Assembly: GCF_009914755.1 (NCBI RefSeq)
Contig: NC_060925.1
Strand: one strand, 5' to 3'
DNA: 64,000 nucleotides
Source: the human T2T-CHM13v2.0 reference genome, Homo sapiens
In this document: positions 24,080-37,129 of the stretch, in pieces
Layout: the number at the start of each line of letters is the position of its first letter
Position numbering within the stretch: position 1 is the stretch's first letter
Program-made: the position numbers and the translations under genes
The notes under the pieces: generated by a model
Databases searched by the model: none
What the model was told of the DNA's origin: nothing
What the model saw: the letters and a program-made list of their open reading frames with translations, nothing else

Positions 24080-24358
24080 ATCACAGTGGTTAAGGAAACA
24101 GCTTCTGGAGCCAGACTGTCTAGGTCCAAATTCTGGCTCTGATACTTGCTGGTTTGGCACTTTATCTTTCAGGTAAGTTACTTGAACTTTAGGTAAGTTA
24201 CTTAAGCTCTTTGCGCCTCAGTTTTCTCACCTGCAGAATGGATGGAATAATAGCACCAGTTTCATAGGCATGCTATGAAGATTAAATAATTAATACATGT
24301 AAAAAGCTTAGAATAGCATCTGTTTTAGGTACTCAATAAATGTTAGCAAGTACTACTA
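24080..24358 (+). mobile_element. MIR SINE, full length, with a small internal insertion
   Basis: cacagtggttaag...ctggagccagactg...gcctcagttttctcacctg...actcaataaatgttagc. Confidence 0.92.
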
Positions 24359-24717
24359 TATGGAACAGAGTACAAAAAATCATATTCACTTAAAAGATAA
24401 AACAGAACACTGCAACAAATTTTTTTACTTCCTGCAGTCTGCCCTGGGCTGTATTTTTGCAATAGACTGAATTTGGATGTTCATTCTGTGCAGCAAGGGA
24501 CACTTTTCTGGAAAATTTGGCACATAGTTAGTATAAAATACATTACAGCTGTCATCATCAACATTGTTAGTATCATCCAAAGGCGTATAATGTCTGTGAA
24601 ATTTGAGAGGCTGTTTATTTATTTTAATGAATCAGCATTGTTAGCTGAGGGAAACTTTCAGCTTCGCCTGGAACAGGGTCTTTAGAGGTTGTTTGTAAAG
24701 CCTAGGAAAAAATCAAG

Positions 24718-24959
24718 GGACCATAGCTAATTGCAGCCTCTGACTCCTGGGCTCAAGTGATCCTCTTGCCTCAGCCTCCTAAGTAGCTGGGACCACAGGC
24801 CCCTGCCCCTACACTTGGCTAATTTTTATTTTTATTTTTTGTAGAGATAAGATATTGCTATGTTGTCGAGGCAGGTCTGGAATTCCTGGGCTCAAATGAT
24901 CCTCCCACCTCATCCTCCTAAAGTGTTGGGATTACAAGCAAGAGCCACCATGCCCAGCT
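24718..24959 (-). mobile_element. Alu (J-like), 3' truncated (no tail)
   Basis: ctcctgggctcaagtgatcctc...tttgtagagat...gagccaccatgcccagc. Confidence 0.92.
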
Positions 24960-24999
24960 GATAAATAAATTGTGTATGATAAAATTCTTCTGTGGCCTT

Positions 25000-25300
25000 C
25001 ATTCCATTTCTACAACCATCAGCATTTTGCCACACTTGTTTCATCCATCAACTAGCCTCCCCAGCTTTTATTTTCTTGTAATATTTTAAAGCAAATTGTA
25101 GCCATCATGTCATTATGCCCTAAATATTTAAGTCTACTTTTAAAAAACTGAAGGGTTTTAACCTAAGCATAGTATCATTGTCACATTTAACAAAATTAAC
25201 AATTTATTGATGTCATCTAATACCAAGTTTCCTTTATTGCCTAAAAAGTCTTTTTACAGTTGGTCTGTTGGAATGAGGATTCCAACAAGGCCCACAATGT
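25000..25300 (-). mobile_element. Ancient L1 3' UTR fragment (L1MC-like)
   Basis: attttaaagcaaat...catcatgtcatt...ccctaaatattt...taacaaaattaacaat...tcatctaatacc. Confidence 0.7.
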
Positions 25301-26964
25301 TCACACTAATTCTTATACATAACATATAGTTGAGAAGCTCTAAGCCCAATTAGGAGAAAAAAAGGAAAGGACAATTATAATTGCAGCCAATCATAATGGC
25401 TTAATGGAGGTAATGTTTTGAAAACTATTAATGTGTTTTTCTATTTTGCTTCCTTCCTTTCTTGACCTTTGCTCTAGGTGTCTTGAGGCATCCATCATCC
25501 TGGAAGAAGACTATGATTTATAACAGAAGGAATGCAAAAAGAAAGAACAAGTTAATATTTCTCTTTTGGCATGTCAAATAGAATTATTCAGCAAGACAAT
25601 AACCTTGCAAGCCAGGCGTTGTCTTGAAAAACCATTTCCAAATTTCTTTAATCCTTCCCTTTGGCTTTTCAACAATGCAGCCTGATTGAACCAGTTTATG
25701 GAGTTCTCCCTAAGTGCAGAGAAAATACCCATATCCTTTATTAGGGTATCTCTAAGAAACTGAAGTATGGAGGGCATGATGCAGGGGAAATCTGTCATTT
25801 TGGGGCCCTTTGTGATAGAGAGAAAGAGAGAGAAAGAGGAAGAAGAAGATGAGAGAATCAGTTTTGATCATGTATTCTCCCAGCTTTGGCCCAGAAAATA
25901 GGGAGGCCTATTGGATGAGTGGGGATATCACCAAGGGCAGAGGAAGCTTTTGTCCTTCTTCCTGCTTGAGACTCTGCAGAATAGACTGTCATCCTGGGGT
26001 GTGACCACATCCACATGGCAGTGTGGTATGACCTGGCAGAGGGAGTCCTTGACACTTAGTTTTCCTGAGCCATTCTTATTTCCAGTGAGGCACAGATGGA
26101 CCCAGAAAATGGTGGGAGTTTGGCTGGGGAGTATTACCAATGGGAGTCACCATGGCTGGGCAAGGTCAAGGTACTCCGTAGCAAGGGCTGCCCAGTGGAC
26201 CACCTGGGCCAGGCCAATTGGAGTCACAGCAAATGGGAAGGAGTCTAGACCCAATAGATGAGTCCAAAAAGCTGCAGAGAGCGAGAGCTAGCAAGGCAGT
26301 CCCCTGGGCTCTGATCTGCTGAGGAAAACCTAGGCTGTAAGTTACTCTTGTACAGACACAGACTTCAGCTGTGAATCCCAGTAGGGTAAGATGCACGCAG
26401 GTGGATCAGGGACTTCCACCTAACCCTGCCTAGAAGAGTAAGAGGAATCTGACCTTTTGCCTGCCGCGAAGGTGTTCAAGCTCCACCTGTCCCTCTTCAT
26501 ATGCAGATGTCATCTTGGAGGGGAGCTAGAAGACTGATGTGTTTGAGAAACTAAGCCTTTATTTCCCCTCAGAGGGGACCATTCTTTGAAGGGACCATTT
26601 AAATTATCGTGTAATACGAAGGTTCAAACTTTATTAGATATTAAAACAATCAGTTTGTCCTTTTGAATGGCTTTTGGCTATTTCCAAAATTCAAATCCGT
26701 TAGAAGACAAAGATTAGACATACTGAAATGCTTCTAAAAATATTCTAACTGGTGAATATATGAGAAAAGAATTAACCTCATTAATTATCCACTCGAATGT
26801 AAACTAAAACACTATTCTATACTTCCTTCTTTGAAATTCATAAACGTTGGAAAAAAATACAGAAAATCTACTAGTTAGTAGGAAAAAAGTTGTAGACAGA
26901 ACAAAGGGGCCACATGCTCTTGGTCAATCTGAGTTTTGATGGAAGTTAAATGTTGCTGCCCTGG

Positions 26965-27558
<594 letters not shown>

Positions 27559-27969
27559 TTACCACTGACTAGGGGGTGGGTGGGGAATTCTAAACTATTT
27601 CTTCTTGTCTCTATTTCAGTTTTAAGCCTCTGTAACCTTAATGCTTGTCGACAGATCTGTTTGTTTTGAGGATTGATATGATATTTCTGAAAACAACTAG
27701 CAAAGATATAGCTGCTTAATCATCATTGCTTCTAGAACCCAAATCTTGCTTAATTAGACAAATTAACACACTCTATTCTTTGAAAATATCTAGGGAAGAA
27801 CTTGCCACTTGCTTCCTGCCTTTGCAAGTGGAATTTGCTGTCGAGGCTTCTCTGAATAGCATCACTGTCAGGCCCTGGATCATTTATATCACCTTATCAG
27901 GGGCTGAGAGACTTTAGGGAATCTTCCAGCCAAGCCCAAGAGATTGGCTCTTGGGCTCCAGTGATTGAT

Positions 27970-28244
27970 CCACCACAAGAAGAGCATGCTCTTGGGTAGC
28001 TGCTGCCCCTTCAGCCTGGGCCCTGGAATAAAAATATGTGGAGCAGACTTGACCACAGTTTGCCGCTACACTTAGCTGTCCAGCAGGCTGAAGTGGAGCT
28101 TCCCAGCCAAGCCTAGCCTGAATTGACTGAACCATCATTGATTTGCAGATCTGTAATTGTGAGAATAAATTCTTGTTGTCAAAAGCTATTGAGTTTTGGG
28201 GTGTTTGTTATGCAGCATTATGGAAACAAAAGCTGCCAAATACA
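27970..28244 (+). mobile_element. MLT1H-like LTR 3' part
   Basis: gtagctgctgccccttcagcctgggccc...gagaataaattcttgttg...tttgttatgcagcatta...taca. Confidence 0.8.
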
Positions 28245-28403
28245 GTGGGTTGTGTTCTAAAGTCCACATGCAGGTTTAAAATGTGAATGATGGGACCTAC
28301 ACCCTGCTGCATCTGGAAACATAAAAGAGTATAACTTTAGGAAAGCAACATGAAGCTATATCTACAAGAAGAGCTTTATTTTCCAACTTAGAAAATAACC
28401 AGG

Positions 28404-28769
<366 letters not shown>

Positions 28770-28865
28770 TTATTCCTAATAGTAAAAATTGGAAACCATC
28801 TTGAAGAATAACGTTAGAATTATGATCAAGTAAACAATAGCCATATAATGGATTACTACATAGTC

Positions 28866-29270
28866 TGTCAGGACTAGGCTTAGCTAAGAAATACCTAAAA
28901 TAGTGATTTAAGCCAGATTGAAACTTATTTCTCTGAATAAGTGAAGTCTAGAGGGAGGCAGTCCACACCTGGTGAGATGGCTCAATAGTCAGCCTCTTTC
29001 CAGCTTTCCACTCCCCATCCTTAGAGTGAGGCTCAGTCTTCGTGGCTCAGGATGGGTGCTGGAGAACCAGCCATCCATCACATCCACATTTCAAGCAACA
29101 GGATGATGTATGTATGCTGTCACTTTAAGGAGACATCTTAGAATTCCTCATACAACACTTTTTTTATATTTCAGTGGTAAAACATAACCACAACAGTGTT
29201 CCCAACTAAACATTTGGGTACCGTAACCATGGAAGAAAAGGAGAATACACATTGGGAGGCACACATACGC
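28866..29270 (-). mobile_element. MLT1-family LTR (MLT1J-like)
   Basis: gaagtctagagggaggcagtcca...gatgggtgctggagaaccagccatc...acatccacatttcaagc...ggaagaaaaggagaat. Confidence 0.7.
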
Positions 29271-29304
29271 CTACTCATTAAATTTATAACCACGAAGACC
29301 TCCA

Positions 29305-30128
29305 GGGTGTTCCGCCTTACAATTTACCTTGGTGTCTGATAGCTACTGGACCCTTTGCCTCCGTTATAAAATAACTACATTCCCAGAGTTTGTTGGAACA
29401 AAGAATGCCCGAGTATTTCCCATGGATTGAGCGTGGGCCACGTGTGAGAGGGAGCTAGTGTGAGAGGTAGAGGGAGAAACAGACTCTGTAGAAAGAGGCG
29501 AGAGGCGAGTGTTTGGGTTCCTTGGGGCTGCAGGAGCAGCGCGTCAAAGGAACTGCAGGTGTGGGGCTTAGAGCTCACAGACTGAGCTTTAAACACAGCT
29601 GAGCTGAGAGTGTGATAAAGCTGTCTTATGACAGTACCAGTCCATTAAGAACTTACCTGCCTGTCTCATTTTACCTCTCTTTCCTCTCTCCCCATCCCTG
29701 GGGAGCGAGGAGGCACAGTTAGTAAGAAGGGTGAGGAAGTGTGGAAGTATCAAGTGGAGAAGGAGGGAAGAAGGATCATACCTTTCCTCAACCTACTCCC
29801 CTGCAAAGAAAGCTTCTGGCTTGCAGCAGTCCCCTAGCTATGGGGAGGGGAAGTAGCTGACCCTTTGAATGAAAATTGGAGCTCTGATTATTCCATGGGA
29901 CTTTTAATACTTGAATTGAGACTACATCTTTGATTTAAAAAGAAGGCAGGGCTTTTTTTTTTTTTTTAAATCACATACGTGTGAACGGAAGATTCATGAG
30001 AACTGTCATAATTTTCATCTAGAGGCAGAGGAGGAACAATTTTTCCCGATGTATTTTAAAGGCTATTATGAGGCAAAAATAAAAGCACCACATCCTATGA
30101 GTCCTATTTGTTCACCATGTCAGTTACA
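29305..30128 (+). mobile_element. Ancient Gypsy-type LTR (MamGypLTR1-like)
   Basis: aactacattcccaga near the 5' end, gggacttttaatacttgaa, AATAAA near 30078, terminal cagttaca; recalled resemblance only. Confidence 0.55.
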
Positions 30129-30212
30129 TATAGGGCAATACTTACGTAATAATGTTAGCCAAAAAGGCAATGTGCAGATTTATATAATATGACCCAACTA
30201 TGTGAAAACACT

Positions 30213-30305
30213 GAGAGAGAGAGAGAGACAGGGAGTGAGGGAGAGAGAAAGAGAGAGGTGGGGGAGGTGGGGAGAGAGAGAGAGGGAGAAAAAGGAGAGA
30301 GAAGA
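30213..30305. repeat. GA-rich polypurine low-complexity tract
   Basis: gagagagagagagagacagggagtgagggagagagaaagagagagg... Confidence 0.9.
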
Positions 30306-30470
30306 TAAAGGAGGTATGATAGGAAATAGCAAAATGTTCAAAGCATTGTTGTCTGCCCTGGGATGGAAGGCCGAGGGGCAATCTTGTCCTGTGAGCTCCC
30401 CAGCCATTCATTATTCCATGGCCTGTTGGCTTCCATCTCTGTATCATAACACTTTTTAAAAAAAAATTTT

Positions 30471-30766
30471 CACTGGGCGCAGTGGCTCACGCCTGTAATC
30501 TCAGCACTTTGGGAGGCGGAGGCGGATGGATCACGAGGTCAGGAGTTCAAGACCAGCCTGGCCAACATGGTGAAACCCTGTCTCTATGAAAAATACAAAA
30601 ATTACCTGGGCATGGTGACAGGCACCTGTAATCCCAGCTACTCAGGAAGCTGAGGCAGGAGAATCGCTTGAACTCGGGAGGCTGAGGCTGCAGTGAGCCA
30701 AGATTGCGCCACTTCACTCCAGCCTGGGCGACAGAGGAGACTCTGTCTCAAAAAAAAAAAAAAAAA
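30471..30766 (+). mobile_element. Alu (Sg-like), full length
   Basis: ggatcacgaggtcaggagttcaagaccagcctggccaacatgg; A tail 30750-30766. Confidence 0.98.
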
Positions 30767-31139
30767 GTTTGAGATTGTTGGTTTATTGGTTTATGTGTCT
30801 CTGATTAGACAGTAAACTACTTCAAAGGAAACATGGCTTCATTCAGCTTTCTCTCTACAGGGCCCAGAACAGAGCTTAGAACAGTTAGTGTAGAATAAAG
30901 GTTAAACACTTATTTAAAAAGACGGAACATTATTAAAGCAAAACCAAACCAAAACAAACAAAAACAATAGGCAAAGCTGAGGTCAAAAGCTTTAGCTGAG
31001 TCCCCCAAATGTTGGAATCATTCTCCCATCTCTACTCCCAGACGATTTGCTTACCTTCCCAAAATGCCACTAGCCCTGCATTAATGATCTGTGTGCTCAT
31101 ATTAGTTATCTGTAAACAACTTGAGGATTGGACCCATAT

Positions 31140-31535
31140 AATAACAATAATAGTATTTATTTGACACCTATTACCTGCTGGGCAGGGTGCCAAGGCAATG
31201 CTGCCCACACTCTAATACATACCTGGGGACTTGTTAAAAAGCAGATTCTGATTCAGTAGGTCTGGGGTGGGCCTGAGTTCCTGCATTTCTAAAAGGTGTT
31301 GCCTATGCTGCTGGTCCCAGGACATGCTTGGAGCAGCAAAGTGCAAAGGACCTTAACCCATTTAATTCTTCAATCAATCCTTCAATAGGCAGGTACTATT
31401 TTACTCATTGCATTTTGCGATAAGAAAACCGAGGGTCCAAGCAGGCGAGTGAGGGTCATGCACTTATTAGCGGCATTGGCATTTGGACACAGTGCTGTCT
31501 AACTTCAAAGTGTGGAGTCTTTCCACAGTGCCACA
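31140..31535 (-). mobile_element. MIR split by MER5A
   Basis: taatagtatttatttgacaccta... resumes catttaattcttc...gaaaaccgaggg. Confidence 0.75.
31196..31341. mobile_element. MER5A(1)-like hAT MITE
   Basis: cttgttaaaaagcagattctgattcagtaggtctggggtgggcctgag...tgcatttctaa; 8-bp TSD tgccaagg / tgcaaagg. Confidence 0.88.
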
Positions 31536-32119
31536 GGCTCAGCTTGCACAGGGGGCCTCTTACGGGAGCCATCTTTGCACTATCGGACCCTGGAAGGAAA
31601 AAGAAAAGGGAGAAAAAATTGTGTTTCTAAAAATAAACCTTGGGCTCTGGAGGAAGGCAAGGGACTGTGAGGGATTACTGTCCACTGGAGAAAGCACGAG
31701 CATCCTTTTCCGGAGTGTGCTCATAGGCTCCTCTCACAGCCCCAGGCCTGCCAGGAAAGGGCTCTCAGTTCCAGCTGGGGGAGGGCCAGGACCTATACCA
31801 GTCTGCTCAGTGGGATAGCACCGGAATGGAAGCATTAGCTTTAATGGGAAAGGCCTGTTTGCAGGCGAAGTAAAGTCAGTAACTCACACTTCAAACACCT
31901 GCAGGTTCATTAGCATCCTGACAACCCTCAGGTGAGGAAGGAGCTGTTATCTCCATTTACAGACGGGAAAACTGAGGGTCAGGCTGGCTCTCAAGCCTGG
32001 GTCTTCTGATTCTTTCAAATCCTATGTGACACAACACTGAGCTCTTTGGGGTTCATAAAAGGAGGACCAGGAATGATGGAAAAGATCCAAACATCCGTCT
32101 TTGAAGGCGGGAAATCTGG

Positions 32120-32230
32120 GAGGAATGACCCTCGGTTCAAATCCTGCCACTTAGGAGCTATACAGCAGTGAGCAGGTCAGTGGGCCTCTCTGAGCCTCTG
32201 TGTCCTTCTCTGTAAAGTGAGTATAATGAT
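32120..32230 (+). mobile_element. MIR fragment
   Basis: ggttcaaatcctgccactta...cctctctgagcctc...tctgtaaagtg. Confidence 0.75.
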
Positions 32231-32242
32231 TGTGTGTGTGTA

Positions 32243-32859
32243 CATATCTACGGCTCATTATTCATAGATTTCCTATTTGCAAATTTACCTACTTACTAAA
32301 ATTTATTTGTAACCCCCAAATAATGCTTGTGGTGTTTCTGCAGCCATCTGTGGACATGTACATTGTGGTGATAAATTTGAGTTACTTGATGCATGTTTCC
32401 ATCTGAGGCTGAACAACGCAATTTCCTGCCGCTTCATGATCTGTTTAGTGCTATGTTGTTTGCATTTTTGTGCTTTTTTCTTGGCCATGTTGCTGTTTAT
32501 GATGGCCTCAAGAGTAATACTAAAGTACTGTCTAGTGTTTCTAACAGCAAGAAGTCTATAATATGCCTTCTGGACAGAATGTGTGTTACATAAGCTTTGT
32601 TTGTGTATAAGCTGCAGTGCTATTGGATGTGAGTTCAATGTTAAATGCATCAACAGTATTTGTTTAATAAGGTGTGTTTAAACAGAAATACATAAAACAA
32701 AGTTATGTATTGATTAGTTGATGACAATGCAACAACCGGAGGTTGCAGGAACCTAACTCTGTACTTCCCCTAGGAAAGATGGTTCAGCATTCACAAATTC
32801 TGTGTTCACAGTAACTTTACAGAAGATAACTACTGCAAATAACAAACACGAGTTGACTG
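32243..32859. mobile_element. MER82-like Tigger DNA transposon derivative
   Basis: ctcattattcatagatttcctatttgcaaatttacctacttactaaaatttatttgtaacccc...ends gactg; TA on both flanks. Confidence 0.85.
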
Positions 32860-33193
32860 TATATATTTCAGGAACACATTGAATGTCAGTTCCTTTCTTC
32901 TGCAGTTTTACTCATTGACCTTCCTTGGAAGGGCCATGCTGGTGAGCCCTAGAGACTGTAGCCATGGTCAGAGGCAGTGTGGCAGGGTAGGTAGGATAGT
33001 TGAGTGCATGAGTGTGAACTCTTCTTATAAGACCTTAAGCAATCTACGTCACCTCTCTCTTTCCCATGTCTGCAAAAGAGTGTCTTTGTTGTCCATGTCT
33101 GTAGAAGGTGATGATATGGTATCTGCTTTATGGTTTGTTATGAGGATTAAGTAAGCTAAGATGTATAAAGTGTTTAGAACAGAGCTTGGTAAG

Positions 33194-33654
<461 letters not shown>

Positions 33655-33779
33655 CTGGCAAATGAGTATTAGCTACTGCTATTATTAACAGGAAGTCCCC
33701 CCTGCCCTTCTGGAAAGGGTCCTGGGGCCACTGTCAGCTGGCCTGGTTTTCTTTGAGGCCCGACCATCACTACGGGTGC

Positions 33780-33970
33780 AGCATGCTGTCTCTTTGGGCC
33801 TCTGTTTCTTCATCTGTCAAATGGATCATCTGTCAAATGGAGATGACCTCATTCTTGATGTCCTTGACCACATTGCCCACCTCTGAGGGTGGCTGTGAGG
33901 ATCAGATGAGATAATGGGTGGGCAAGCTTTTGTAAACTGTAAAATGCAGGACAAACAGGAGGTGTTATTA
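33780..33970 (+). mobile_element. MIR with a perfect 16-bp tandem duplication (33810-33841)
   Basis: tcatctgtcaaatgga x2; gtgaggatcagatgagataatg...ttttgtaaactgtaaa. Confidence 0.8.
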
Positions 33971-33999
33971 CTCATCTGTAATAGCCCCTTCTAGCTCGG

Positions 34000-34135
34000 T
34001 CATCCATCAAACAATCTCAGCTTGAGTTGAACCTGCTCATGGCTTCAGCCCGCACCGCCTCTCAGGGAAATGAGTTCCATATGGCTAACCTCCGTGGTAG
34101 GAAGGAGAACATTATTTTTTGTTTATACTAAAAAC
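34000..34135 (-). mobile_element. Possible ancient CR1/L3-type LINE fragment
   Basis: cagcccgcaccgcctctcagggaaatgagttccatatggctaac...ttttgtttatactaaa resembles antisense amniote CR1 3' sequence (recalled). Confidence 0.4.
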
Positions 34136-34254
34136 TACATTTGAAAAAGCTTCACGCCTGGCCTTTTCCAAATCTGATATCCTGGGCTTCGGCTTTTACC
34201 TCGTAGGCTTGCTTTGGTCTTTGAAGGTACTGCCATAATTTTACAAGAAGACAG

Positions 34255-34475
34255 AGATGAGACATTTGTTGAGGACCTACTATGGGCTAGGCAATATGTT
34301 AAGTGCTTTAGGTGAACCCTCGGTAGTCCTTACAATAACTCTGCCAAACAGGTCCTTTTATTCTCATTTCACAAGTGTGGAAATGGAGGCTAATGAGATT
34401 GAGTAGCTTACCTGGAGTCACAGTCAGTCAATGGTGGGGCCAGGATTTGAATTTGGTTCTGTCTGAGTTTAGAAG
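34255..34475 (-). mobile_element. MIR SINE
   Basis: acatttgttgaggacctactatgggctaggca...ggaaatggaggct...caggatttgaa. Confidence 0.85.
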
Positions 34476-34529
34476 TGAGGATAGGGAGGTGCTGGAGGCT
34501 GGTGTTTCTAACACTGGCAGGCTTGGGGG

Positions 34530-34750
34530 GTCACACAGATTGTATATAACCTTCCTTACCTGCTGGGTGACCTTGGGCAAGTTACTTTAAACTCTCTTAA
34601 CCCTCAGTTTTGTTTTTCACCTGTAAAAACAGTGATTATAATAATGTTTACCTTGTAAGGTTGTTAGGAAATTTAAATGAGTTAAAATATGTCTAGCATT
34701 TATCACAGTCCCTGGCTCAGAATAAGTACTCATCAATGCTAGTTACTGTT
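34530..34750 (+). mobile_element. MIR SINE
   Basis: gtgaccttgggcaagttacttt...cctcagttt...ctgtaaaa...ttaaatgagttaa. Confidence 0.88.
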
Positions 34751-35242
34751 TTAGGATGAGGAAACTGGCTAAATAAGTGGCCCCTTGGTATGGAAGGATA
34801 GCTATGTTTTGCGGTGGGGTGCAGAAATGATGCACTTACAAATGCTCCCAGCCCCCTTCCTGTGCCTGAGGGGGTGAGTGCCATTTTTCAGGCTCAGCTT
34901 CTTCTCCACCCACTCCTTCTCCTTTGGAGCCTCTTGTAGTCAGCCCTGCTCAAGTCCAAGAGCTCACAGCCATTCGCACTTCCTCCATCACCTGAGAGCA
35001 TTATTCGGTACTTAGAAAACATCATTTGTTGTCTTCATGATTTTGTCTGTAGCTCACTTTGGCCTTTGCAATGAGAAGGAGAGGCTTTGAAGGCTGGTTG
35101 GGTGTGTGGGAGAGCAGAGACAGGGACTTTGGGCAGCCAGGTCCTGAGCGGAGCACCTTTTTACCCCGGGGAGATGCCAGGAGAGAAGCTAGGGTCAAAG
35201 CCCGAGTTCAGTGCCTCTTCCCTGTGAAGAAAGGAGTGATCC

Positions 35243-35245
<3 letters not shown>

Positions 35246-35295
<50 letters not shown>
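35246..35295. repeat. Compound microsatellite (TG)18(AG)7
   Basis: Counted directly from the sequence. Confidence 0.97.
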
Positions 35296-37129
35296 TGAGA
35301 AGGAATGTGAGCAGGAGGATTGGGAGGGCTTGTGTAAGAGTTTGTACGTGTTAGAAATGTGTAGAGCGATGATAAACTCAGAGCGTTTCTAAGACAGGAA
35401 GCGATTGGAAGTGCTGGGTAGCGAGTGTGAGGATGTGTGTTAGGGAGTCCGTGTGTTTTCCCCATGTGAGAGTGAACAGTGGAGGTGCAGCAGATGTGTG
35501 GCCGTCAGTGTGTGTTGGGGTCTGCGAAGGATTTATTTAGTCTCCCCTTCTGTGGATCTGAGTGGGAAGGTCACTGTACCAGTGGCTGGGATGTGGAACA
35601 GAGCGGGCTGGGGAGTGGGAAGGTCTCCTTATTCCTGCACAGGAAGTCCCTTCACAAAGAGATTGGGTAGCAACGGATGCCAGGAGACGGCTGCGGCCTG
35701 GCCTAGTGGCCCCTTCCAGAGAACAAGGAAGGGAAAACAGATAGTGTTTGCACAAGAGATACTGAGAACCAAGTGCTTACGGGATTATGGGATCAAATTC
35801 TTATGAGATTACCAGATTGGGCAGGCTCTGAGGGATGATCTGGAGAGGACCTACTTCCTCAATGTAAGGTGGGATCCTGAGGTCCAAAGACAAAAGTCAT
35901 TAGCCTCTGGTCGCAGACTTGACCTTGAACTTCACAGGGGCTTCAGGGGCTTGGCCCAGTGAAAAGGAGGAAGCCTTGGCTGGGACGATGGAGTGGCAGT
36001 GTGGGTGGACAGGATGGAGGTCTCCAGGGGCAGTGGTTCAGTGCATAGATGTGATGCCATCCAGAGTCGTCTGGTGGGATGGCGGTGGGTGATAATCAGC
36101 TGGAAGGGGCACAGCTGCAATTATGTGACTGGTGGCAGGGTTGTGGGGGTCAATGTCCAGCCCTCTGCAGTATCTGGGAGGAGTCAGAGAGAAACTCGTG
36201 GCAAGGAACAAAGGGAAGACAGGAAATGGGGGTGGTGAACGGGGCAAACAAGGCAGAGCAAGGCCCATCTCAGGCTTTGCTGGAGGAACCCAGGGCAGCT
36301 GCATGCCCTCCCAGGCTGTTTGAGTAGGGTGGCCAAGGCCTGGGTGGGCACAGTGATGGCTTATCCCTTCCATCTGCCCTTGGAGGCAGGCTAGCCTCAT
36401 CCCGAGACACTCAGCTGACCCACAGCAGTCCTAGCTGCACCCGAGGTAATCTTTTGGGAACCCATTCTCTCCTGTTTGATCCCAGTGTGCTCATTCTGAA
36501 TCCTTTCCTCTGGGTCTGAGCTCCCTAGTTCCTGCTCCAGTTGTGACACATCTCTGCCTCTCCTGGATTTGGTGCATAAGACATGCGGGTGTCTCCCATT
36601 CTGGTCATTGTCATTGTTTTGGGCGGGCATTTCTGTGAAGGTCCCTCAGATAGGGCCTCAATGGGGCCACCCTGGCTTTCCTTAGGAGATGGAAGCTGAT
36701 GGAAGCTGTGCCCACCAGAGACCCCACCACCAATGTGGAGGATGTATGGGTGGTGGAGGCTGCCCCTCAAGCAGGCCACTTGTGGGAGGAGCCCTAGGGC
36801 TGGGTCTGAGGAGGCACAGCCCAGCCTGATGCAGGAGTCGTGGGAGGAAGATGAGGTCAGTGCCAGGAAGTAGAGTTGTGTTGGAGGCTGGGAGGGAGGT
36901 AGCTGGAGGGTCAAATTTGTGGGGTGGAGTGGCCCAGAGTGGCAAGCAGGCCAACGTCAGCACGAAGGAGGTGCAGAGAGCTGAAGAGGTCTGAGAGAAT
37001 AGAGCAAGGGATCTGGGGATCCAGTCTCCAGATGCTAGTCCTCCCAGTGGCTCCTGGGCAGGGAGAAATGAAGGACATGGGTCTCATTTGCTGATCATGT
37101 GTGAACTCATCTCCAGCAAAGAGGAAATG

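Noticed and set aside
25880-26430. Possible old LTR-like segment
   Set aside because: Could not identify termini, TSD or family with any confidence
35140-35790. Possible CpG island or promoter
   Set aside because: Only ~16 CpGs in ~650 bp, too sparse for an island
36040-36100. Peptide DAIQSRLVGWRW faintly like the CR1 reverse-transcriptase AIQRDLDRLExW motif
   Set aside because: Match too short and weak, with no flanking support
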